The notes under the pieces: generated by a model
Databases searched by the model: none
Told to the model about the DNA's origin: nothing
What the model saw: only the letters and a program-made list of their open reading frames with translations
Shown here: positions 14,349 to 21,299 of the stretch, piece by piece
Position numbering within the stretch: position 1 is the stretch's first letter
How the letters are laid out: each line of letters starts with the position of its first letter
Made by a program: the position numbers and the translations under genes
Assembly (NCBI GenBank): GCA_016204425.1
Contig: JACQKR010000017.1
Coordinates: 1-24,000 of the forward strand
Direction of reading: 5' to 3'
Length of the DNA stretch: 24,000 nucleotides
DNA from: Candidatus Levyibacteriota bacterium
Lineage (GTDB): Bacteria; Patescibacteriota; Microgenomatia; Levybacterales; UBA12049

Positions 14349-14888
14349 ATGAAATATATCGCAGTATTTTGTTCCGCAAATGACCTCGAAGAAAAATACA
14401 CAAAACCGGCAAAAGAATTTGCACGTCTTCTCGCCGCAAACAACTACCATCTTGTCTGGGGCGGATCAGACAAAGGGCTTATGGAGATTATTGCATCAGG
14501 AGCCCAAGAGGGTGGAAGTAAATTGATTGGTGTCTCCGTTGAGCACCTTAAACATGTCGCACGAGAAAATACAGATGAGATGATTATCGCCAAAGATTTA
14601 GGTGAGCGCAAAGCGACCATGCTTCTCAGGAGTGATGCTATCGCAGTGCTTGTCGGCGGATTGGGAACACTTGATGAGGTGACAGACATTCTTGAGCATA
14701 AAAAACATGGATTGCACAATAAACCTATTGTTGTATTAAATACGGAAAATTTTTATGAGGGCTTGAAGGTGCAATTACAAAAAATGAAAGACGATGGCTT
14801 TCTCACCAAGCCGCTTGACGATTTGATCTATTTTGCCGACCAGCCGGAGGAAGCAATTACGTTTATTAACGAAAAGCTCATGCGATGA
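14349..14888 (+). CDS. LOG family protein (TIGR00730-type; cytokinin riboside 5'-monophosphate phosphoribohydrolase-like)
   Basis: IAVFCSAN, VWGGSDKGLM, and GGLGTLDEV (the PGGxGTxxE motif). Confidence 0.85.
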   Translation: MKYIAVFCSANDLEEKYTKPAKEFARLLAANNYHLVWGGSDKGLMEIIASGAQEGGSKLIGVSVEHLKHVARENTDEMIIAKDLGERKATMLLRSDAIAVLVGGLGTLDEVTDILEHKKHGLHNKPIVVLNTENFYEGLKVQLQKMKDDGFLTKPLDDLIYFADQPEEAITFINEKLMR

Positions 14889-14890
14889 CG

Positions 14891-15451
14891 TTATTTGTAT
14901 TCCTCTTTCACATCTGATCCGTAGAGCTCTAAAAGCTTACGAATTTTTGGACTGATCACAATATTACAGTAAGGATAGACAGGATTTGCATCATAATAGT
15001 TCTGGTGATGCTCCTCTGCAGTATAAAACGCAGCAAAAGGAGCAATTTCAGTGACGATGGGATCGTTATATATATGATTCTTCTCAATCTGCTCTTTTGA
15101 ACGGAGCGCTTTCTCTTTTTGCTCAGGGGAATGATAGAAAAGAACTGAGCGATACTGTGTGCCGACATCAGCACCTTGCTGATTCAGCGTCGTTGGATCA
15201 TGGGTATTCCAGAAAACATCAAGTAATTTTTCATAGGAAATTACGTTTGGATCAAATGTTATCTGTATTGCTTCAGCGTGTCCTGTTGCTCCCGTTGAGA
15301 CCTGCTCATATGACGGGTTCTCTCTTTTTCCTCCCGTGTATCCAGAAGTGACAGAGACTACTCCTTTCAGCCGTTTAAAAATTGCCTCAGTACACCAGAA
15401 GCATCCACCACCAAACGTGGCGATTTCTGTCTTTTCTCGTTTTTCTTCCAT
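14891..15451 (-). CDS. msrA: peptide-methionine (S)-S-oxide reductase
   Basis: Active-site GGGCFWCTEAIF and conserved GHAEAIQITFDP and HDPTTLNQQGADVGTQYRS. Confidence 0.95.
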   Translation of the reverse strand: MEEKREKTEIATFGGGCFWCTEAIFKRLKGVVSVTSGYTGGKRENPSYEQVSTGATGHAEAIQITFDPNVISYEKLLDVFWNTHDPTTLNQQGADVGTQYRSVLFYHSPEQKEKALRSKEQIEKNHIYNDPIVTEIAPFAAFYTAEEHHQNYYDANPVYPYCNIVISPKIRKLLELYGSDVKEEYK

Positions 15452-15469
15452 AGAATACAGTATACCGCT

Positions 15470-15874
15470 TTATGGATTTGTTTTATCCAATTTTGCTGGT
15501 TCAAAAAGTGCTGTAACTGCTCCTGCCGGATCTTGAATCACGCAATATTTTCCACTTCCCATATCTTTTATATCGGTGAGTGTTTTTCCTCCCCGGCCAT
15601 AGCACTGCTTAATACTCTCTTGTAAATCTGAAACGGTGATATAGATAAGCCAGGCTGGCGGCAAATCGGCATTCTCTCCCTTTGCATGACAGACTCCTGC
15701 AACTGTTTCTTTGGAATCAGGAATATTCATGCAGTAGTCTTTATATCCTCCCATTGAAACATCGCTTGTCTCCCATCCGACAACTGCTTTATAAAAGTCT
15801 CTCAGAGCTTCTGCATTTTGCACTGTTAAATCAACCCATGTTATTGATCCTGCTTGCGGCTTTTTCTGACCCAT
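15470..15874 (-). CDS. VOC (glyoxalase-fold) family protein
   Basis: ITWVDLTVQNAEALRDFYKAVVGWE at the N-terminus and CVIQDPAGAVTALFEP at the C-terminus. Confidence 0.85.
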   Translation of the reverse strand: MGQKKPQAGSITWVDLTVQNAEALRDFYKAVVGWETSDVSMGGYKDYCMNIPDSKETVAGVCHAKGENADLPPAWLIYITVSDLQESIKQCYGRGGKTLTDIKDMGSGKYCVIQDPAGAVTALFEPAKLDKTNP

Positions 15875-15946
15875 ACATAACTAGTATACCCAAGATCTTA
15901 AAAAATGCACGAGGGGTAAGCGCTTTTTCTCGTGTATAATAAGAGC

Positions 15947-16480
15947 ATGGCAAGTAGAACGAATATTCTTTACACACAAGCCCAAATCAAGCAACGAGTC
16001 ACAGAGCTGGCAAAACAAATCAGCAACGAGTATAAGGGTAAAAACCCCATTTTTATTGGCATACTCAAGGGATCGTTTATCTTTTTTGCAGATCTTATCC
16101 GAGAGCTCTACAAGCAAGGGCTAACCGATGTAGAGGTCGATTTCATGACGATCTCAAGTTATGGGAAAAGCACCACGTATTCCGGAGCCTCCACCGTTGT
16201 CAGTGATATCACAAAAGACATCAAAGGGAGAGACGTGCTTGTTGTTGAGGATATTATCGATACCGGCCATACCCTCGTCTTTGTCAAAAAATATTTAGCA
16301 GAAAAAAAACCGAAATCACTCAAAATGCTAACATTTTTAGACAAGATTGAAAAACGGGAAATCAAAATGGATGTTGACTATGTAGGATTTACCCTGAAGG
16401 GCAAACCATGGGTCGAAGGATATGGGCTTGATGGCGGTGAGTATGGTCGTGGTCGTCCTGATATTGCTGAAAAAATATAG
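15947..16480 (+). CDS. hpt: hypoxanthine(-guanine) phosphoribosyltransferase
   Basis: PRPP-binding loop VLVVEDIIDTGHTL and C-terminal YVGF...GYGLD. ATG at 15947 lies 6 nt after TATAAT (15935-15940). The listed GTG at 15932 lies just upstream of that box. Confidence 0.92.
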   Translation: MASRTNILYTQAQIKQRVTELAKQISNEYKGKNPIFIGILKGSFIFFADLIRELYKQGLTDVEVDFMTISSYGKSTTYSGASTVVSDITKDIKGRDVLVVEDIIDTGHTLVFVKKYLAEKKPKSLKMLTFLDKIEKREIKMDVDYVGFTLKGKPWVEGYGLDGGEYGRGRPDIAEKI

Positions 16481-16518
16481 CACTCTTCCTCTTCTTTTTT
16501 GCTATACTCGTCCCACAT

Positions 16519-17064
16519 ATGAAACAGAAATCTCTGGCATTTGTTATCCACAAGCATGATGCGACCTCGCTCCACTATGATTTCCGTTTACAGATAGGAA
16601 GCGTTATGCCATCATGGGCAATTCCCAAAGGTCCAACGCTTGATAATACCCTCAAACGGCTCGCGCTTGAAACAACCGATCACCCAATGGAGTATCGGAA
16701 TTTCGAAGGCATTCTTCCGGAAGGGTCATATGGCGCAGGACCGGTGATGATTTGGGATGAAGGAACGTATATCCCTGAAATTGAAATCAAAAAAGGGGTT
16801 CGCGAACCGGTAGAGGACTATGAACAAGCACAACACGTGATGAAAGAGGGAAAGAAAAAAGGAGAAATAAAGTTTATTTTGCACGGAAAAAAACTCAAAG
16901 GCTCTTTTGCGCTTATTAAGACCCGTGGCTTTGGACCAAAAAATGCGTGGCTTCTGATTAAACATAATGATATCTATGTCCAAAAAAATTATGATGCGAA
17001 TGACCATGACAAGTCAGCACGATCCGGAAAAACCCTGAAGAAAATTTCCGAAGAAAGCAAATAA
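16519..17064 (+). CDS. stand-alone LigD-type 3'-phosphoesterase (PE) domain protein
   Basis: FVIHKHDATSLHYDFRLQ (the His/His/Asp/Arg metal and phosphate cluster), WAIPKGPT, DHPMEYRNFEGILPEGSYGAGPVMIWDEGTY. No ligase, polymerase or Ku gene is present in the window. Confidence 0.88.
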   Translation: MKQKSLAFVIHKHDATSLHYDFRLQIGSVMPSWAIPKGPTLDNTLKRLALETTDHPMEYRNFEGILPEGSYGAGPVMIWDEGTYIPEIEIKKGVREPVEDYEQAQHVMKEGKKKGEIKFILHGKKLKGSFALIKTRGFGPKNAWLLIKHNDIYVQKNYDANDHDKSARSGKTLKKISEESK

Positions 17065-17073
17065 AACCTTCTA

Positions 17074-17103
17074 TTGATTCTTCAACAATCTTCCTGCTAT
17101 AGT
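17074..17103 (+). promoter_or_regulatory. promoter with extended -10 (TTGATT-18-TGcTATAGT)
   Basis: TTGATT at 17074-17079, TG at 17095-17096, TATAGT at 17098-17103. The ATG at 17113 is 9 nt downstream. Confidence 0.4.
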
Positions 17104-17112
17104 GGTATTTCT

Positions 17113-17616
17113 ATGGATGATAACGATAAAACTCCTACAACGGAAGACGCAGAGACCGACGAAGTAACTACCGAAACGACCGACACATCTGATGAAAATA
17201 GCCAGGCAACCGTTCTTCTGAGCCTTGAAGAACTCGTCAAAAGCCATATCACCAGTATTGACAAGCTAACCGATGAATTAAAAAAATACCGCCAGATGTT
17301 TGCCGATGGATTCGAAAATAATCCAACCTTCAGAGAGCTTGAAGAACAGGCAAAAGATGCGGCAAAAAAGAAAAACACCGCACGAGAAGAGATTCTCAAA
17401 CAGCCATCCATGCAGGACTTAGGAAAAAAGATAAAAGATGCAAATAGCGAACTACGCGAAAAGAAAAATTCTCTCTCAGACTATCTGCTTGAGTATCAAC
17501 GCCTCGCTGGAGTGAATGAAATCGAAGGGGAAGATGGACAGTTACGAGTAATCATTAACTCGGCAAAACTCATCAAGCTCTCCTCAAGAGAAATCGCGCA
17601 AAGTCAGCAAAAATAA
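17113..17616 (+). CDS. hypothetical acidic coiled-coil protein
   Basis: 167 aa. Asp/Glu/Thr-rich N-terminus (TEDAETDEVTTETTDTSDE), a long heptad-like Lys/Glu-rich helix, then a short beta-like C-terminus (EIEGEDGQLRVIINSAKLIKL). The start is set by the promoter at 17074-17103. Confidence 0.6.
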   Translation: MDDNDKTPTTEDAETDEVTTETTDTSDENSQATVLLSLEELVKSHITSIDKLTDELKKYRQMFADGFENNPTFRELEEQAKDAAKKKNTAREEILKQPSMQDLGKKIKDANSELREKKNSLSDYLLEYQRLAGVNEIEGEDGQLRVIINSAKLIKLSSREIAQSQQK

Positions 17617-17740
17617 GCTATACTCCTCTGTTTCAAATTATAAATAAGTGTATGCCTAGCGTAGCAATTATTTTCAAAACGTTACCTATTATGACAAGCT
17701 AATCCCCGATTTAAAAATTCCGGCGATATATACCAATTTT

Positions 17741-17770
17741 TTGCAAAATGATTGCGGAGTGGTATACAAT
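17741..17770 (+). promoter_or_regulatory. sigma70-like promoter (TTGCAA-18-TACAAT)
   Basis: TTGCAA at 17741-17746 and TACAAT at 17765-17770. The ATG at 17785 is 14 nt downstream. Confidence 0.4.
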
Positions 17771-17784
17771 ACACACCAGATCGT

Positions 17785-18417
17785 ATGGAAAACGTCCATG
17801 TTGTCTCCAATCCATTCGTTGCAGACGCGTTAACGCACCTTCGCGATAAGACCACAGCGACTCAGGAATTTCGCCATTTCTCAGATATTATCTGTCAAAT
17901 TCTGATTGCGGAATCTTTGAAAGATGTCTCCATGCTGCCGGTTACCATCGAAACCCCATTGACTACGATAAAAGGACAAAAACTCGCAGAAAATGTCATC
18001 GTTATCCCTATTCTCCGTGCCGGTGTCGCAATGCTCCCCTCAGCACTGACTGTCTTCCCGAAGGCAAAAGTCGGCTTTATCGGGCTGCAACGGGATGAAC
18101 AAACAGCAATTGCAAAAGAGTACTATTGGAAAATGCCCCACATAACAGCTGAGGATATTGTCCTGATAACAGACCCCATGCTCGCAACCGGCGGATCAAC
18201 AGTGCATCTTTTACACAAAATTGCCAAGAAACAAACGAAAATAGTTCGGGTTGTTTGCGTGATTGCTGCACCGGAAGGCATCCATGCAATTCAAAAAGCG
18301 TTTCCAAATGTGCATATTATTACCGCGGCAGTCGATGACCATTTGAATGATAAAAAATTTATTGTTCCCGGTCTTGGCGATTACGGCGATCGCTACTTTG
18401 GCACTACAGAACAATAA
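17785..18417 (+). CDS. upp: uracil phosphoribosyltransferase
   Basis: LRDKTT..EFR, ILRAGVAM, VLITDPMLATGGS, and PGLGDYGDRYFGT at the C-terminus. Confidence 0.93.
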   Translation: MENVHVVSNPFVADALTHLRDKTTATQEFRHFSDIICQILIAESLKDVSMLPVTIETPLTTIKGQKLAENVIVIPILRAGVAMLPSALTVFPKAKVGFIGLQRDEQTAIAKEYYWKMPHITAEDIVLITDPMLATGGSTVHLLHKIAKKQTKIVRVVCVIAAPEGIHAIQKAFPNVHIITAAVDDHLNDKKFIVPGLGDYGDRYFGTTEQ

Positions 18418-18537
18418 AAATGTAAGAAAATCCTTACAAGTACAATTAATACTATTTCGATTATTTTTGTCCTACAACGTCTCAGTTGCTTTTTGCTCCT
18501 TCTGTTTGTTACTGTATTGATGACTCCACGCAATTGC

Positions 18538-19434
18538 ATGAATTTCTGCTCAAAATCATTTATATCTGCGGCGGCAATTGTTACCATAAGTCTTTTTCTT
18601 CCCGCAACCGCACTCGCAGCAGCTCCTGATGGCTTGGGTCCGTGGGCGGATACTGTTTCTGCAACGAGCCAAGGATTGACAAAAGGAGGGGGAGCGGTCC
18701 CGGCAATCAGAAGCGATCCGACCTCTGCATTAGGAGTCGCTGAAAACAACACCACTGATGGCAACTTTTATTCGCTCGGTTTTGGAGGATCGATAACGCT
18801 CGGATTTGATAATGGAATCAGTAGCGGTGTCATCGTCGTTGAGGCAACAAACCCCGGCTATCCTGCAGAGAAGGCAAAAGTTGAAGTCTCAGAAGACGGT
18901 GTAAGCTTCGTTGATGCCGGAACAGTCACACAAGATGGGCAAGTCGACAAACCTGCTGGCATTACCTGCGCACGATATGTCCGCATCACAGACACAAGTA
19001 ACCCGGATGATTTTGCAGAAGCGACGGCCGATGCATACGACGTCGATGGTGTGCAAGCCCAAGGTGATCCATGCACCCCTCCTTCAAATGGCGATGGGAA
19101 CGGGAGCGGAGGAGATTGTATCATATCGCAAACAAATAAAACAAAAGTAACGACGGTGGTGAACGCAACGGCAAACTCAGGCGACAACACAACAAATGAC
19201 AATACCGGCGGAAATGTGACGATCACAACGAACCCAGCATCCAATACTGTCGATGTAAGCGTCACCGGAGGCAGCAATACCGCAACCGGCTGTGGCTGCT
19301 GCTGCAATGGAGGAGGAGATACAACAGCAATCATCTCGGGAAATGGGCAAGGATCAACAAATACTATTAGTATCGGCAGTAAAAAAAAGGTTAAACCAGT
19401 CGTCCTCAAGTTGGCAAAAAAGAAATTAAAATAA
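18538..19434 (+). CDS. secreted protein: signal peptide, discoidin/F5-8 type C-like beta-sandwich, Asn/Thr/Gly-rich C-terminal module with CGCCC cluster and Lys-rich tail
   Basis: Signal-like MNFCSKSFISAAAIVTISLFLPATALA-AAPDG. GFGGSITLGFD...CARYVRITDTS resembles a discoidin domain. The C-terminus reads VVNATANSGDNTTNDNTGGNVTITT...TGCGCCCNGGGD...KKKVKPVVLKLAKKKLK. ATG at 18520 is an alternative start. Confidence 0.7.
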   Translation: MNFCSKSFISAAAIVTISLFLPATALAAAPDGLGPWADTVSATSQGLTKGGGAVPAIRSDPTSALGVAENNTTDGNFYSLGFGGSITLGFDNGISSGVIVVEATNPGYPAEKAKVEVSEDGVSFVDAGTVTQDGQVDKPAGITCARYVRITDTSNPDDFAEATADAYDVDGVQAQGDPCTPPSNGDGNGSGGDCIISQTNKTKVTTVVNATANSGDNTTNDNTGGNVTITTNPASNTVDVSVTGGSNTATGCGCCCNGGGDTTAIISGNGQGSTNTISIGSKKKVKPVVLKLAKKKLK

Positions 19435-19466
19435 CTCTTTATTACATCTGAGCCTTCTGTCAAATG

Positions 19467-20099
19467 CTAATTAGTCTGAATTATAAGCATATTTCCTTCA
19501 TGTACTCGAATTTCTGCTCTAGCAGAAATCAGCTCATTGCTCACGCCGATTGTTTTACCAAAAGGAATTTTTCCGCGTGTTAGGGCATACTTTAGTCCCT
19601 TCGTAGTAACAGTAGCGTCTCCAGCGAGTGAAATAAGCGATACTGTGTCCCCTGCTTTTCCTGGAATGGTAAGCTTGGTATCGGTAAAATAAAGCGTTTG
19701 CCTATCTTCCATGATTCGAATACTCATTCCTCTTTTTTCTATTTGGCTCGCAAAGAGTATATTTGCCACAAAATGATCAATCCGGGCACCGAAAACCCCA
19801 AAAAGGATAAGCTCTTTATACCCTGCATCTATTGCGAAATTTATTGCCAATTCCGAGTCGGTGTAATCTTTTTCTCTGGGGAATGAGATTAGAGAAACGC
19901 CCGCTTTTTGCATCTGTTTCTGAATTTTCTTGGAAAGCGAATCAAAATCTCCGAGAATGACAGTGGGAGTCAGGCCGCAGAAAAGCGCGCGCCTTGTTCC
20001 GCCATCTGCACAAATAACAGCATCTGTTGTTTTATACACCTTCTCAATCAGAGACTTTTTGGGCTGATTTCCATTGAGAAAAATCAACGCTCTTTTCAT
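19467..20099 (-). CDS. thiN: thiamine pyrophosphokinase
   Basis: VICADGG, ILGDFDS, KDYTDSELA, GVFGARIDH. TGgTAGAAT lies 8 nt upstream of the ATG. Confidence 0.88.
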   Translation of the reverse strand: MKRALIFLNGNQPKKSLIEKVYKTTDAVICADGGTRRALFCGLTPTVILGDFDSLSKKIQKQMQKAGVSLISFPREKDYTDSELAINFAIDAGYKELILFGVFGARIDHFVANILFASQIEKRGMSIRIMEDRQTLYFTDTKLTIPGKAGDTVSLISLAGDATVTTKGLKYALTRGKIPFGKTIGVSNELISARAEIRVHEGNMLIIQTN

Positions 20100-20144
20100 T
20101 GAGCTCTATTCTACCATCATTTTCCGTAAGTTTTGAGGGGATGG

Positions 20145-21233
20145 TTAGCCGAGGTAATCTTTGAGCTTGTTGCCACGACTGGGGTGGCGAAGTTTACGCA
20201 GAGCCTTTGCTTCAATCTGGCGGATACGCTCTCTTGTTACCGCAAACATTCTTCCTACTTCCTCAAGTGTTTTAGGCCTGCCGTCTTTCAGACCAAACCG
20301 CTCTTCAAGCACACGCCGCTCACGATCTGAAAGCGTTGAGAGTACTTGCTCGACCTGCTCTTTGAGTAATTCGCGTGATGCGGAATCAAATAGTGTCGGT
20401 GCTGAAGTATCGTGGATAAAATCTCCAAGGCGGGAATCTTCCTCATCCCCGACAGGCGCCTCAAGAGAGGCTGGATTTTGAGAGATTTTGATAATCTCAA
20501 GTGCTTTATCGGGATCAATCTCAAGAACCTTTGCCACCTCCTCAGGTGTTGGTTCACGCCCCAGTTCCTGCATAAGTTTTCTACTGGTTCGAAGGAATCG
20601 ATTAATATTCTCGACCATGTGCACGGGGATACGGATTGTTCGTGCCTGATCGGCAATAGCGCGGGTAACTGACTGCCGGATCCACCAGGTCGCGTAGGTT
20701 GAAAACTTGTATCCGCGTCTCCAGTCGTATTTCTCAACAGCCCGAATAAGACCTTGGTTACCCTCTTGAATCAAATCAAGAAGGGACAGTCCACGGCCAA
20801 TATATTTCTTTGCTATAGAGACGACAAGGCGTAAATTTGAATTGATAAGGATTTTCTTTGCTTCCCGATCACCTTTCTCAACCCGCTTCGCAAGCTCAAT
20901 TTCCTGATCAAAGTTCAAAAGAGGGATTCTCCCGATTTCCTTAAGATACATGCGCACCGGATCAGAAACAGTGCCTTCGGTGAGCACGGTGAGTGCCTCG
21001 AGCTCTTTTTCCAAATCCTCGATTGGCTTCTCATCATCCTGTTGCTGAGCAACACTCTCGAAGACATCGACATTGGTACGCATGAGTTTGTCATAGAGTG
21101 AGTCCAACTCAACAATATGATCTTCAGGGCGTGAATAAATACCGAGAATCTCGTCCTGGGTGATATATCCGCGTTTCTTAGCGGAAACGACAATGTCATT
21201 TAAAATTGTTGGTAACTTGGTTGTTTGTTTCAT
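20145..21233 (-). CDS. rpoD: RNA polymerase primary sigma factor (sigma-70)
   Basis: Region 2 [32 protein letters not shown], region 1.2 [11 protein letters not shown], and region 4 [28 protein letters not shown]. Confidence 0.97.
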   Translation of the reverse strand: MKQTTKLPTILNDIVVSAKKRGYITQDEILGIYSRPEDHIVELDSLYDKLMRTNVDVFESVAQQQDDEKPIEDLEKELEALTVLTEGTVSDPVRMYLKEIGRIPLLNFDQEIELAKRVEKGDREAKKILINSNLRLVVSIAKKYIGRGLSLLDLIQEGNQGLIRAVEKYDWRRGYKFSTYATWWIRQSVTRAIADQARTIRIPVHMVENINRFLRTSRKLMQELGREPTPEEVAKVLEIDPDKALEIIKISQNPASLEAPVGDEEDSRLGDFIHDTSAPTLFDSASRELLKEQVEQVLSTLSDRERRVLEERFGLKDGRPKTLEEVGRMFAVTRERIRQIEAKALRKLRHPSRGNKLKDYLG

Positions 21234-21252
21234 AATTTGTTCTTTTTTTACT

Positions 21253-21287
21253 AAAAAAGACCCTTCCGTGTCACCACGGACGTGGGT
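21253..21287 (-). terminator. hairpin plus U-tract between dnaG and rpoD (attenuator/terminator or processing element)
   Basis: The minus-strand RNA is ACCCACG-UCCGUG-GUGA-CACGGA-A-GGGU-CUUUUUU. It has a 6-bp core stem, a 4-nt loop and a 4-bp outer stem with an internal loop, followed by six U. Only 19 nt remain before the rpoD ATG. Confidence 0.5.
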
Positions 21288-21299
21288 TATGTCTCTATT

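Noticed and set aside
18393-19463. Two long minus-strand ORFs (18393-18764, 123 aa; 18858-19463, 201 aa) antisense to the secreted-protein gene
   Set aside because: Their translations are low-complexity (Pro/Val/Ser/Thr runs) with no motifs. They lie entirely opposite a plus-strand gene that has a clear signal peptide and domain signatures. The locally GC-rich composition suppresses stop codons on the antisense strand.
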